Shown here piece by piece: positions 9,891 through 20,284 of a stretch of 64,000 nucleotides of DNA (position 1 is the first letter of the stretch; each line of letters starts with the position of its first letter). Origin of the DNA: Minisyncoccota bacterium. Lineage in GTDB: Bacteria; Patescibacteriota; Minisyncoccia; Phycocordibacterales; PALSA-1337. The notes under the pieces are model-generated. The model was not told the origin of the DNA. It did not search any database and was given only the letters and a program-made list of their open reading frames with translations. The position numbers and the translations under genes are program-made. The stretch spans positions 36,643-100,642 of the forward strand of contig JAQTPC010000002.1 of the NCBI GenBank assembly GCA_028713005.1, read 5' to 3'.

Positions 9891-10925
9891 ATGGATAATA
9901 AAATGACAACAGGTAAACGGCTGCTAATGATATCGACTGATCGAAAGATGTTTGAGGAGAACAGCACGGTGCGTGCCCGTCAGGCAATTTATGCAAAAGA
10001 TTTTGAAGAAGTGCACATCATTATCTTTGCCAAAGGGAAGCATGAGACGCAAAAGGAAATTGTAGTCGCCCCAAATTGCTGGGCATATTCAACACAGTCT
10101 TTTTCAGCCCTGATGTATTCGATGGACGCCATTCGCTTTGCCAAATTTATTGTTTCAAAAAGAGGCATAACAGATATTACGTGCCAAGATCCTTTTCAGA
10201 CAGCTTCGGTAGGAGCTGCTCTTAAGCGACAATTTCCTCACGTTCACCTTGAATTACAAGTGCACACTGATATTGGCTCACCACACTTTACTTATACATT
10301 GGGGAATAAAATCAGAAAGACTCTGGCACTCTCATATCTCCCAAAGGCGGATCATGTGCGTGTCGTTTCAAATAAAATAAAGTCATACCTTATTGATGTG
10401 CTCAAAATTGCTGATGCAAAGATAGAGGTCAGACCTATAGTAGTTGATATTGGTACAATTAAAAATGCACCAATCATTCCTGGTGCAGATCTGCATAAAA
10501 AGTATTCTCAGTTTGAAAAGATTATTTTGATGGCATCGCGAATTGAGCCAGAAAAGAATACCAAGCTCGCTATTGATGCATTCAAAAAAGTCGTAGAAAA
10601 AATGCCAAAAGCAGGTTTGGTTATTGTTGGAGAGGGTTCTGAGGGTTCAAAATTAAAAGTGCAAAGTGAAAATTTGTCTCTAAAAAACTCTGTTATCTTT
10701 GAGTCATGGGCAGATCAGTCAACACTGTATTCGTACTATAAAACTGCTAATGTCTTCCTTGTCACTTCACTCTTTGAAGGGTATGGCATGACACTTGTGG
10801 AAGCGCATGCTGCTGGATGTAAGATCGTTTCAACTGATGTCGGTGTGGCCAGAGAAATTGGCGCAACTATTGTTCTCGATACTCCTCAAAGCGTTTCAGA
10901 GGGAATCATTGGAATTATCGGTTAA
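9891..10925 (+). CDS. glycosyltransferase family 4
   Basis: SRIEPEKN, TSLFEGYGMTLVEAHAAG. Confidence 0.9.
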   Translation: MDNKMTTGKRLLMISTDRKMFEENSTVRARQAIYAKDFEEVHIIIFAKGKHETQKEIVVAPNCWAYSTQSFSALMYSMDAIRFAKFIVSKRGITDITCQDPFQTASVGAALKRQFPHVHLELQVHTDIGSPHFTYTLGNKIRKTLALSYLPKADHVRVVSNKIKSYLIDVLKIADAKIEVRPIVVDIGTIKNAPIIPGADLHKKYSQFEKIILMASRIEPEKNTKLAIDAFKKVVEKMPKAGLVIVGEGSEGSKLKVQSENLSLKNSVIFESWADQSTLYSYYKTANVFLVTSLFEGYGMTLVEAHAAGCKIVSTDVGVAREIGATIVLDTPQSVSEGIIGIIG

Positions 10926-10948
10926 AAAGCGTTATACTGCCGTTTATT

Positions 10949-11863
10949 ATGGCTGACATGACTAAACCCCTCATTGGATTTATCGGACAAGGCTGGATCG
11001 GTAAGAACTATTCGAACGACCTCGAAGCACGCGGATATACTGTCGTGCGTTATGGTTTGGAAGATGAATATAAAGCCAATAAGATAAAGATCAAGGATTG
11101 CGACATCGTATTTATCGCTGTACCAACGCCAACAACAAAAAAGGGCTTTGATGATAGTTATGTGCGTTCAGTACTGCCACTTATCGGAAAAGGGAAGATT
11201 GCAGTTATAAAATCAACCCTAATTGTTGGTTGCACAGAGCGTCTACAGAAGTCATTTAAAAATATTATTGTTACACACTCGCCAGAATTCTTGAGCGAAA
11301 AGACTGCTGCATATGACGCTGCTCATCCTGATAGAAATATCATTGGTATTCCAGTGAATAATAAAAAATACGTCGATGGGGCAAATCTCGTGTTGTCAGT
11401 CCTGCCATCAGCGCCATTTTCTCTTGTCTGTGATGCGTCTGAAGCTGAGCTCATCAAATATAGCCACAATGTGCATGGATACATTCAGGTTATATTCGCC
11501 AACATTCTCTATGATCTTGCACAGGAATTCTCGATGGACTGGGAAGTTCTTTTCAAAGCATTTTCTGCCAATCCGCTTATGGTTCCACGATATCTCCGTC
11601 CTGTGCATCAGAGCGGTCGCGGGGCAGGAGGCAATTGTTTTGTGAAAGATTTTGAGGCCTTCATCCGTCTCTTTGAGAGCAAGGTAAATGATAAGACGGG
11701 GATCGCAGCACTCAAAGCTATACGCAACAAAAATATCCAGCTTCTTGTCTCATCAGGAAAAGATCTAGAAAAAATCAAAGAGATGTACGGACTTAGTGCT
11801 ATTAGACGCCATCAGAAGAAATCATCGAAGCGCACGCCAGCAAAAAAGTCCGTTAAAAAATAA
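10949..11863 (+). CDS. UDP-glucose/GDP-mannose 6-dehydrogenase family protein, short form lacking the usual C-terminal domain
   Basis: GFIGQGWIG, FIAVPTP, IKST, SPEFL, catalytic GAGGNCFVKD; only 304 aa. Confidence 0.85.
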   Translation: MADMTKPLIGFIGQGWIGKNYSNDLEARGYTVVRYGLEDEYKANKIKIKDCDIVFIAVPTPTTKKGFDDSYVRSVLPLIGKGKIAVIKSTLIVGCTERLQKSFKNIIVTHSPEFLSEKTAAYDAAHPDRNIIGIPVNNKKYVDGANLVLSVLPSAPFSLVCDASEAELIKYSHNVHGYIQVIFANILYDLAQEFSMDWEVLFKAFSANPLMVPRYLRPVHQSGRGAGGNCFVKDFEAFIRLFESKVNDKTGIAALKAIRNKNIQLLVSSGKDLEKIKEMYGLSAIRRHQKKSSKRTPAKKSVKK

Positions 11864-12945
11864 TGAAACTCCTCATCCTCACGCAAAAGGTAGATAAGCT
11901 TGATCCGATCCTCGGTTTCTTTCATCGTTGGATAGAGGAGTTTGCGAAGCATGCAGAAAAGGTAACGGTTATAACTCTCAATGAAGGTATTCATCAATTA
12001 CCAGAGAATGTGATGGTTTTTTCACTGGGCAAATCAAAAGATCAGTATGTTGGATTCAAAGATAGAATAAAATTTGTCTTTAATTTTTATGGCTATATCT
12101 GGAGTGAGAGGAAAAATTACGATACTGTTTTCGTGCATATGAACCCAATATATGTTGTTTTTGGTGGTTTGTTTTGGAAGATAATGGGCAAGAAAATATC
12201 TATGTGGTATACGCACCGTGAAGTTGATCTGAAATTGCGTGTAGCTGAAGTATTCGCTGATGTTATTTTCACTGCTGCAAAAGAAAGCTTCAAATTACCA
12301 AGTAAAAAAGTAGTTGTTACTGGGCACGGTATCGATGTTGCTCAGTTTCTCAACATGCAGCGTTCAAAAGTGATCGGCACTGATCCTATCCGTTTATTGC
12401 ATGTCGGCCGCGTCACACAAATCAAAAATTGCGATACCCTCATCGAGGCCGCGAAGATTCTCGGAGAGTGCTGGAATAAGAAGTTTGAAATAGTTTTTGC
12501 GGGTAGTCCTGTCACTGATGCGGACCGGTCATATATGACTTCGCTTTCGTCGCTCATCTCTACCTATAAGCTCGATAATCAGATTAAGTTTATCGGTCAT
12601 GTAGCACCTTCAGATATCAATAAACAATATGCGGCGTGTGATGCGACGGTCAATCTCACGCCAACTGGCGGTATCGATAAAGCCGTGCTCGAATCGATGG
12701 CCTCAGGTGTGCCGGTGTTTTCTTCAAACCAAGCTTTTGTAAATTACTTTGATAGGTATGCTGAAAAGCTTATCTTCAACGAGCGTGATGCAGACGATCT
12801 GGCTCAAAAAATAATGGCATTGTTTGCAGGGGATTTGCAGACTGTGGGCGCTAATCTGCAAAAGATAGCCGAAGAGAAGGCGGATATCGGTGTGCTTATA
12901 CATACTATCTCTGATAAACTGACTTTGTTATGGAAAAACAAGTAA
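11863..12945 (+). CDS. glycosyltransferase family 4
   Basis: HVGRVTQIKN, GGIDKAVLESMASG. Confidence 0.88.
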   Translation: MKLLILTQKVDKLDPILGFFHRWIEEFAKHAEKVTVITLNEGIHQLPENVMVFSLGKSKDQYVGFKDRIKFVFNFYGYIWSERKNYDTVFVHMNPIYVVFGGLFWKIMGKKISMWYTHREVDLKLRVAEVFADVIFTAAKESFKLPSKKVVVTGHGIDVAQFLNMQRSKVIGTDPIRLLHVGRVTQIKNCDTLIEAAKILGECWNKKFEIVFAGSPVTDADRSYMTSLSSLISTYKLDNQIKFIGHVAPSDINKQYAACDATVNLTPTGGIDKAVLESMASGVPVFSSNQAFVNYFDRYAEKLIFNERDADDLAQKIMALFAGDLQTVGANLQKIAEEKADIGVLIHTISDKLTLLWKNK

Positions 12946-13550
12946 ATAAAGATCATTATAATTTTAAGGCATATTCTCATCTCGGCCGATGGGCGAGCTA
13001 TTTCTTTCAGCTCGAGCAAGTCTTTTCTTTTAATCCCGCATCTATCCTCGAAATCGGTGTCGGTGACCGCGTTTTTGGAGATTATATAAAAAATAATACT
13101 GATATCAAATATATCTCAGCTGATGTGGCCGAGGATCTCAAGCCTGATGTCGTTGCAAGTGTTACTGCGCTACCTTTCACAGATGGTGAGTTTGATGTTT
13201 CATGCGCCTTTGAAGTGCTTGAGCATATACCATTTGATTCATTTGAAGATGCATTGCGAGAGATGGCACGTGTATCAAAAAAAGCGGTGATCATCAGCCT
13301 TCCTCACTTTGGGCCATCATGTGAACTTTCATTTAAGATTCCTTTTATCAAGAGAGTAAAGCTTGCCTTTAAACTCCCGTTTCATCCAATCCATGCGTGG
13401 AACGGCGAGCACTATTTTGAGATTGGCAAAAAGGGTTATGAAGTCGGCGAGATACGCAACGTTTTGCGTAAGGATTTTGTCATCCAAAAAGATTTTGTGC
13501 CGTTTGAAAATCAGTACCATCATTTCTTCGTTCTCGTTCCTAAAAAGTAA
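12930..13550 (+). CDS. class I SAM-dependent methyltransferase
   Basis: ILEIGVG, LPFTDGEFD, FEVLEHI. Confidence 0.88.
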   Translation: MEKQVNKDHYNFKAYSHLGRWASYFFQLEQVFSFNPASILEIGVGDRVFGDYIKNNTDIKYISADVAEDLKPDVVASVTALPFTDGEFDVSCAFEVLEHIPFDSFEDALREMARVSKKAVIISLPHFGPSCELSFKIPFIKRVKLAFKLPFHPIHAWNGEHYFEIGKKGYEVGEIRNVLRKDFVIQKDFVPFENQYHHFFVLVPKK

Positions 13551-13561
13551 TCGTTACGCGT

Positions 13562-14593
13562 ATGAAAATAGCTTTCATTCCACCAAAGAAGAGAAGCGAG
13601 TATCTGACCAATACCGTGTTGGATGGTCTTTTGTGGCTGAAGCGTGATGGGGACGGCCCTGCATCTGGCATAGAGCTTGCTTTGCCGCCCGAGGAATATC
13701 TCTGCCCGTATGACCTCTCGCCGTATATATTGAACGAGGCTGAGTTTGATGCATTCGCGCGATCAGCCCACTTGATCATCCTGCCTTTTGGAAAAAATAC
13801 GACTAACTATGAACTCGCAGAAAAAATAGGGCGTTGGGATAAAACCGTCTTTGTTGATGGTGGTGAGTTGGGCAAGGATAGGCGTTACGACACTACCATC
13901 CGCGCTCAAGTCGAAGAGATGACCTATGATGGCTTCGGAAAAATATATGCTGACATGCTCTCAAAATGTGCATTGTATTTTAGACGTGAAAAGCCTTATA
14001 TTAAAGGCATTATTCCTTTACCTTTCGGTATTGAGTCGCGTTACTTGGTGCAATTTGATCCAACTAAAAAGAGGAATATCGATTTTTGTTGTATCTTTGG
14101 TCAGGATGAATATCCGATACTGAGACGCCATGCGACAAAAGTGCTTGAGAAATTTTGCAAGAAAAATGGCTTTATCTGTCAAACAAAAAAGACCAAGGGA
14201 TTTACTTTTGAAGATGATCAAAAAGTTGCAGGTAGAGATCCATTTTATGAGATCCTCTCACGTTCGAAAGTTGGTATATCGATCGGTGGTGGTGGCTTCG
14301 ACACGGCGCGCTTTTGGGAAATACTTGGCAATGATTGTATGCTTCTCACTGAGACTATCGACATATATGAAAAAGATAGCACTGCTCTCAACTATAAGGG
14401 AATCATTCAGTTTAAGGACCTAGTTGATTTTGAGGAGAAGCTTGTACAGGTCGCTGGTTTTCTCAAAAATGGCTATAATCAAACCGATAGATCAGGTGAG
14501 TATGCAGAGATCATCAAGATGCATTCAAGTAAGGCGCGTGCGATGACGGTATTAACTGAGGCAGAAAAAAAGGGTATTATTTCGCTTAATTAA
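13562..14593 (+). CDS. putative GT-B glycosyltransferase (exostosin/CgeB-like C-terminus)
   Basis: ILSRSKVGISIGGGGFDTARFWEIL; glycan-locus context. Confidence 0.6.
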   Translation: MKIAFIPPKKRSEYLTNTVLDGLLWLKRDGDGPASGIELALPPEEYLCPYDLSPYILNEAEFDAFARSAHLIILPFGKNTTNYELAEKIGRWDKTVFVDGGELGKDRRYDTTIRAQVEEMTYDGFGKIYADMLSKCALYFRREKPYIKGIIPLPFGIESRYLVQFDPTKKRNIDFCCIFGQDEYPILRRHATKVLEKFCKKNGFICQTKKTKGFTFEDDQKVAGRDPFYEILSRSKVGISIGGGGFDTARFWEILGNDCMLLTETIDIYEKDSTALNYKGIIQFKDLVDFEEKLVQVAGFLKNGYNQTDRSGEYAEIIKMHSSKARAMTVLTEAEKKGIISLN

Positions 14594-14598
14594 CATAC

Positions 14599-15384
14599 AT
14601 GACAACATCACCATACGATTGTGCAATAGTTATTCCTTCATGTGATTCGTATGAAGAAGCGTGGGGTCCTTTTTTTGGTTTCTTTTTCAAATATTGGCCT
14701 GATTGTCCATTTCCTATATATCTCATCACTGAAACAAAAAAGTTCGATGATGCTCGTGTACAGACCATAAATCTCGGCAAAGACTTTGGTTGGGCGAACA
14801 ACATGATCAAATCTCTTGCTATCATTCCAGAAAATAATTTTATTTATTTCTTGGAAGACGTCTTTATCATGAAAAAGGTAGATACAGCGCGTGTGATCTC
14901 ACTCCTCGATCTGCTCAAAAAAGACAATGTTTCATGTCTCCGCTTATTCCCGCTTCCAGGTCCGAGTACTGCATATGGAGACAGGAATGATCTTGGTATC
15001 ATTGCGGAAGATGCAGAGTATCGCGTCTCGACGATGCCAGCGATCTGGAATAAATCCGCTTTCAGTAGATTGCTCGTTGCAGGGGAGAATGCATGGCAGA
15101 TGGAGCTCGATGGTACAAAGCGTGCACACGTGATGAACGAACTTTTCCTGAGTGTTTGGCCTGGCGATGCCGTCATAGATATATTTGCCACTGCTATCAA
15201 ACGTGGACGTTGGCTCTATGATGCGGTTCAGTTGTGCCATAAAGAAGGTATCAGCGTCAGTCCAAAGAGACCAGTAGAGAGCTTCAATGAATACATCATC
15301 CGTAAGGCCTGCTATCTTCCTCTTATTGGTGGATTCTTCAGAGTAGGGCATCGTTGGTACCATTCTCGAGACAAAAAGAAATAG
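14599..15384 (+). CDS. putative GT-A glycosyltransferase-like protein
   Basis: VIPSCDSY, WPDCPFPIY, FIYFLEDVF, ENAWQME; glycan-locus context. Confidence 0.6.
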   Translation: MTTSPYDCAIVIPSCDSYEEAWGPFFGFFFKYWPDCPFPIYLITETKKFDDARVQTINLGKDFGWANNMIKSLAIIPENNFIYFLEDVFIMKKVDTARVISLLDLLKKDNVSCLRLFPLPGPSTAYGDRNDLGIIAEDAEYRVSTMPAIWNKSAFSRLLVAGENAWQMELDGTKRAHVMNELFLSVWPGDAVIDIFATAIKRGRWLYDAVQLCHKEGISVSPKRPVESFNEYIIRKACYLPLIGGFFRVGHRWYHSRDKKK

Positions 15385-15420
15385 TTTTAAATAAACTTAA
15401 TTTGAAAAATAGATAATAAA

Positions 15421-15446
15421 AAAGCATTCCTTGGAAGGAATGCTTC
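15421..15446. terminator. hairpin terminator between convergent genes
   Basis: AAGCATTCCTT-GG-AAGGAATGCTT with a flanking A-run (T-run on the minus strand). Confidence 0.7.
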
Positions 15447-15470
15447 GTGTTTTGTGAATCAATACCGTGT

Positions 15471-16229
15471 TTACGGTAAATTCTTGTTGCTCAAGCGCGC
15501 TGCTTCGGTCATCATCGCAGTGCTGAGATCAATGCGCTGTTTGTCGCGTTTTCCTCGCATATCCGCATCGTCTTCGACAAGTTGTTCAGTCGGGTGAACA
15601 TAGTCCACGGTGACCGACTTAATCTCATAGCCGGCGTCGAGGAACCAGAGCATAGGGATAAATATGATTTCCCAGTTATCACCGTAGGAGCAGTTACCGT
15701 TCTTGCCATTGTAAACGGCCATCATCCGTGCTGCTTGAGGAGTCATGATGCGCGGACCAAAGAAGAGGTCCAGATCAGGCCGGTTCGTGGCATTCGCCAA
15801 CGCCCAGTTTCCGCGGTATTCCGAGAATTGCTGGTAGGCGGGATAGCCGTCCAGATTCTTCCGGCGCGGGATCACCACATCGGCTTCCTCGAAGATGATT
15901 TCATTGAGGCAGGGAACGAGCAATGGAACGAGTGTATATTTTTCCGGCTCAAGCCAGACGATAATGTCTGCGCCAGAGTCGATGCCTGCTCCGAGAGCTT
16001 GGCGGCGAGATGCTCCCATGCCAGAGGTTATCTGGTCGATGACAGTCGCACCAGCGTCTTGAAGTGCTTTCTTGAACTCCGCGCAAGGGCTGCCATCAAC
16101 GATGATGAGGTCATACCCATGCTCTACGCATGCCTGACATGTTTTGAGCGCGAGCTGAGCCCGCGTCTCGTGGATTGATTTGCTGAATGTCGTCGTCACA
16201 AGAACGACTTTTTTTGAATGAACCTTCAC
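15471..16229 (-). CDS. GT-A/GT2-like glycosyltransferase, solo and GC-richer
   Basis: LIIVDGS, GMGASRRQA, DIIVWLEPEK, ADVVIPRR; opposite strand to its neighbours. Confidence 0.65.
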   Translation of the reverse strand: MKVHSKKVVLVTTTFSKSIHETRAQLALKTCQACVEHGYDLIIVDGSPCAEFKKALQDAGATVIDQITSGMGASRRQALGAGIDSGADIIVWLEPEKYTLVPLLVPCLNEIIFEEADVVIPRRKNLDGYPAYQQFSEYRGNWALANATNRPDLDLFFGPRIMTPQAARMMAVYNGKNGNCSYGDNWEIIFIPMLWFLDAGYEIKSVTVDYVHPTEQLVEDDADMRGKRDKQRIDLSTAMMTEAARLSNKNLP

Positions 16230-16389
16230 GGCATACCTTTCTGTTGTGTTTTTGCTGTGTCAGTTCGATGTCGTATCGAACTAAATTCAAATTACATTAT
16301 AGCATTTTATACATGCTATGTCAATAAATATGGCTAGATTTAAGGCTTTATTTCTGATATAGTACGAATCTAAACGCTTATATTTCCAC

Positions 16390-17451
16390 ATGAAAAAAGC
16401 TCTCATTACAGGCATTACTGGACAAGACGGATCATATCTCGCAGAGTTTCTCCTCGATAAAGGTTATGAAGTGCATGGACTTATACGTCGCGCATCATCA
16501 TTTAATACAGGTCGCTTGAGCCACATCTTCCAAGATCCGCATCAAAAAAATAAAAAACTTATCCTTCATTACGGTGATCTCTCTGATTCGAGTAATATTT
16601 CGCGCCTACTCGAAAAGATCCGTCCTGATGAGATCTACAACCTTGGTGCTCAGAGTCACGTTCGCGTCAGTTTTGATATACCTGAATACACAGGTGATAT
16701 CGTTGGTCTCGGTACGCTCCGCCTCCTCGATGCGATCAAGGATACACAGATAAAGACAAAGTTTTACCAAGCTTCATCGAGCGAGATGTTCGGCAAAGCT
16801 GTTGAACTGCCTTTAACAGAAAAGTCAGCATTTCATCCACGCTCACCATACGGTTGTGCAAAAGTTTTTGCGTATTGGACGACCAAGAACTATCGCGAGA
16901 GTTACGGTATCTTTGCGGTTAACGGCATCCTTTTCAATCACGAGTCTCCACGTAGAGGGGAGACCTTTGTGACACGTAAGATTACCCGTGGTCTTGCACG
17001 TATCAAGCTCGGTCTCGAACAAAAACTCTATCTTGGAAACCTCGATGCCAAGCGTGACTGGGGTCATGCGCAAGATTATGTTGAGGGTATGTGGCTCATG
17101 CTTCAAGCAAAAAAGCCTGATGATTACGTCCTTGCTCTCGGTGAGACGCACTCGGTCAGAGAGTTTGTTGAGCTTGCTGCAGCATGTTTAGATATTGATC
17201 TCATCTGGAAAGGTAAGGGTATAAAAGAAGTTGGTATAGATAAAAAGACAAAGAAAGTGATCATTGAGATTGATCCGCATTATTTCAGACCAGCGGAAGT
17301 AGATGTATTACTTGGTGACTCAAAGAGAGCGCGAAAAGAGCTTGGTTGGAAGCCAAAGATATCGTTCAAGAAATTGATTGAGCTCATGGTTGATGCTGAT
17401 ATGGAGAAGGAGTCAGGAAAAAAGAAGATTGTTCATACAAAGAAAAAATAG
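16390..17451 (+). CDS. gmd: GDP-mannose 4,6-dehydratase
   Basis: [56 protein letters not shown]. Confidence 0.97.
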   Translation: MKKALITGITGQDGSYLAEFLLDKGYEVHGLIRRASSFNTGRLSHIFQDPHQKNKKLILHYGDLSDSSNISRLLEKIRPDEIYNLGAQSHVRVSFDIPEYTGDIVGLGTLRLLDAIKDTQIKTKFYQASSSEMFGKAVELPLTEKSAFHPRSPYGCAKVFAYWTTKNYRESYGIFAVNGILFNHESPRRGETFVTRKITRGLARIKLGLEQKLYLGNLDAKRDWGHAQDYVEGMWLMLQAKKPDDYVLALGETHSVREFVELAAACLDIDLIWKGKGIKEVGIDKKTKKVIIEIDPHYFRPAEVDVLLGDSKRARKELGWKPKISFKKLIELMVDADMEKESGKKKIVHTKKK

Positions 17452-17477
17452 TTTAATAGCTTAACTTTGAAATACTC

Positions 17478-18638
17478 ATGATCAAACTCGTCAAATCCAC
17501 TTTTTATAAAGAAAAAGAAACCAAGGAGTCTCTTGCGAAATTTATTCTTAATACAGAGATTATGAGTATGGGTGATGAGTGTAAAAAATTTGAGACAGCA
17601 TTTGCCAAAAAGCAAAAAAGAAAATATGCGCTACTCGTTTCAAGTGGTTCAATGGCAAACCAGGTGCTCATCCAGTCGGTGATGAATAGGGGTCTGCTCA
17701 AAAAGGGAGATAAGGTCGCTGTATCCGCCCTCACGTGGGCGACCAATATTATGCCACTACTCCAGCTTGGGCTTGAGCCGGTCATACTCGATGTTGATAT
17801 CGCTACATTTAACGTCTCATCAGTTGAGCTTGAAAAGCATATAAAAGGCATCAAGGCCTTTTTCATCACGAATGTGCTCGGCTTATGTGGCGATATGTCA
17901 GAGATAAAAAAAGTATGTGACAAACATAATGTGCTCTTGCTCGAAGATAACTGCGAATCGCTCGGCTCTGAAATTGACGGCAAGCTCCTCGGTAACTTTG
18001 GTCTTGCATCAACATTTTCATTTTTTGTCGGGCATCATCTCTCTACCATCGAAGGTGGCATGATATGTACTGACGATGACGATCTCTACAATATGCTTGT
18101 TATGGTGCGTGCGCATGGTTGGGATAGAAATCTCGCTCCTGAAACACAGCAAAAGCTCAGAAAAGAAGCGGGATGCGATGATTTTTATGCCAAGTATACG
18201 TTTTATGATCTTGCGTATAATGCTCGTCCAACAGAGATAACTGGTTTCCTTGGTAATTCTCAGCTCCCTTATCTTGATGAGATGATTACGAAGCGCGTTT
18301 CAAATTTTAAACGCTTTGCTGAAGCGGTGAATGCAAATGATGATTTTATGAAGATTGATCATGCCCATATCAATGCGGTTTCAAATATGGCTATGCCAAT
18401 CGTATGCAAGACGCCAGAAAAAGCCGAGATTTATAAAAAGAAATTTGCTGGTGCAGTCGAAATCAGGCCTGTCATTGCAGGTAATATGCTCAATCAGCCA
18501 TTTTACAAAAAATACGTACATAGCAGTGCTACATATCCGAACACTGACTTTGTACACCAAAATGGTTTTTATTTTGCCAACAATGCAGAATTAACAGAGG
18601 AAGAAGTCGACCTTATCGTAGCTTTATTGAATAAATAA
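17478..18638 (+). CDS. colD: GDP-4-keto-6-deoxymannose 3-dehydratase (ColD-like, DegT/DnrJ fold)
   Basis: LLEDNCESLG...FSFFVGHHLSTIEGG...RAHGWDRNL: His replaces the usual PLP-binding Lys, as in ColD; lies between gmd and an fcl-like gene. Confidence 0.8.
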   Translation: MIKLVKSTFYKEKETKESLAKFILNTEIMSMGDECKKFETAFAKKQKRKYALLVSSGSMANQVLIQSVMNRGLLKKGDKVAVSALTWATNIMPLLQLGLEPVILDVDIATFNVSSVELEKHIKGIKAFFITNVLGLCGDMSEIKKVCDKHNVLLLEDNCESLGSEIDGKLLGNFGLASTFSFFVGHHLSTIEGGMICTDDDDLYNMLVMVRAHGWDRNLAPETQQKLRKEAGCDDFYAKYTFYDLAYNARPTEITGFLGNSQLPYLDEMITKRVSNFKRFAEAVNANDDFMKIDHAHINAVSNMAMPIVCKTPEKAEIYKKKFAGAVEIRPVIAGNMLNQPFYKKYVHSSATYPNTDFVHQNGFYFANNAELTEEEVDLIVALLNK

Positions 18639-18639
18639 T

Positions 18640-19578
18640 ATGAAAAAAGATTCAAAAATATATGTGGCAGGTCATACAGGTTTGGTCGGTAGTGCCGTGG
18701 TGAGAAAGCTACAAGCTGAAGGCTATGCCAGTGTTGTTACACGTACACGTAAAGAGCTTGACCTCTTGGACACAAAAGCAGTTGATCATTTTTTTTCAAT
18801 AGAAAAACCTGAGTATGTCATCGATGCAGCTGCACGAGTCGGTGGCATCAAAGCAAACATGACGTTTCCTGCAGAGTTTCTCTATGAAAATCTTCAAATA
18901 CAGAACAATCTCATTTGGTCAGCACACAAACATGAGGCAAAAAAATTCTTATTCCTCGGTAGTTCATGCATATATCCTCGCAGTGCCCTACAACCGATGA
19001 AAGAAGAGTATTTTCTCGACGGCAAACTTGAACCTACAAATGAAGGATATGCTCTCGCAAAAATCTCAGGCATGAAGCTCTGTGAAAAGATCAATACAGA
19101 GTATAAAAAAGATTTTATCTCATGCATGCCGACTAACATCTACGGTCCTCATGATAATTTTAGCGAGGAGTCGTCACACGTCATCCCGGCACTTATCCAG
19201 CGTTTACATAAAGCAAAACTCGCAGGTGATGCTGAAGTAGTCATTTGGGGTAGTGGTATTAGTCGACGTGAATTTTTATACGTAGATGATTTGGCTGAGG
19301 CTATTGTATGGCTTATGGAGAACTATGATCAAAAAGAATTTTTGAACATAGGCACAGGCGAGGACGTATCTATCAAAGAATTGGCTACGCTCATAAAAGG
19401 GATTGTGGGCTATGAAGGTAAACTGGTATTCGATACGACTAAGCCGGATGGTATGCCCAAGAAACTTCTCGATGTTTCAAAGCTCACCGCTCTCGGTTGG
19501 CAGTCAAAGACAAAGCTTGAAAATGGGCTTAAGCAAAGCTACGCTTGGTTTTTGGAATACGGACAGAAACAAAAATAA
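18640..19578 (+). CDS. fcl: GDP-L-fucose/GDP-L-colitose synthase (Fcl/ColC family epimerase-reductase)
   Basis: IYVAGHTGLVGSA, AAARVGGI, LGSSCIYP, YALAK, SHVIPAL. Confidence 0.9.
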   Translation: MKKDSKIYVAGHTGLVGSAVVRKLQAEGYASVVTRTRKELDLLDTKAVDHFFSIEKPEYVIDAAARVGGIKANMTFPAEFLYENLQIQNNLIWSAHKHEAKKFLFLGSSCIYPRSALQPMKEEYFLDGKLEPTNEGYALAKISGMKLCEKINTEYKKDFISCMPTNIYGPHDNFSEESSHVIPALIQRLHKAKLAGDAEVVIWGSGISRREFLYVDDLAEAIVWLMENYDQKEFLNIGTGEDVSIKELATLIKGIVGYEGKLVFDTTKPDGMPKKLLDVSKLTALGWQSKTKLENGLKQSYAWFLEYGQKQK

Positions 19579-19603
19579 CGTAAATCATGATAGTATAGCC
19601 TCT

Positions 19604-20284
19604 ATGAATACTTCTACTCCTGACAGCAGATTTGACCCTGTGGCGACATCAAAGACGTTCAATAGGATATTGGATAGCCTATCTCTGCGTGACACAAAAA
19701 CCCTTGACCTCGGTTGCGGCTGGGGCGAATATCTCGTGAAGTTCGGCACTGGAAGCGTCGGTGTTACGACGACGCTCGCTGAGGTCGAATATGGCAAGAC
19801 TCACAATCTCAATATCGTAAAAGGGAATGTGGAGCTTATCGATACTCTCGGTCTCGACAAGTCTTTTGGGGCGATCTGGGCAAATAACCTTTTTGAGCAC
19901 TTACTCGCGCCACATGCGTTTCTGATAAGGCTCAAGAGCATTACGAAGCCTGAGGGTCTGCTTATCCTCGGTGTTCCGGTCATCCCTGTTATACCTGCCA
20001 TGATGAAGATCGGTAAGTTCCGTGGTGCGTTGGCAGTTGCACATGTCAATTTCTTCACTCGAGAAAGTTTGAAGTTGAGTGTTGAACGTGCGGGCTGGAA
20101 AGTATCAGCTGTCCGTCCATTTATCTTTTCAAATACATTGCTCGATATAGTTGCAAGTTATTTTGCGCCACACCTCTATGTTGTTGCACGAAATAATGCC
20201 GATTTTAAATATGATTCAAAGAAATTGAAAGAATGGAAAGACGATCTTCACTACAAGGGTATCCTCGATATCACTGGGCAATGA
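19604..20284 (+). CDS. class I SAM-dependent methyltransferase
   Basis: TLDLGCGWG, NLFEHL, KPEGLLILGVP. Confidence 0.85.
   Translation: MNTSTPDSRFDPVATSKTFNRILDSLSLRDTKTLDLGCGWGEYLVKFGTGSVGVTTTLAEVEYGKTHNLNIVKGNVELIDTLGLDKSFGAIWANNLFEHLLAPHAFLIRLKSITKPEGLLILGVPVIPVIPAMMKIGKFRGALAVAHVNFFTRESLKLSVERAGWKVSAVRPFIFSNTLLDIVASYFAPHLYVVARNNADFKYDSKKLKEWKDDLHYKGILDITGQ

Noticed and set aside
10949-11863. Nucleotide-sugar dehydrogenase as a truncated pseudogene
   Set aside because: The catalytic motif is intact, the stop is coupled to the next start, and no remnant of the missing domain is seen; probably a natural short form.
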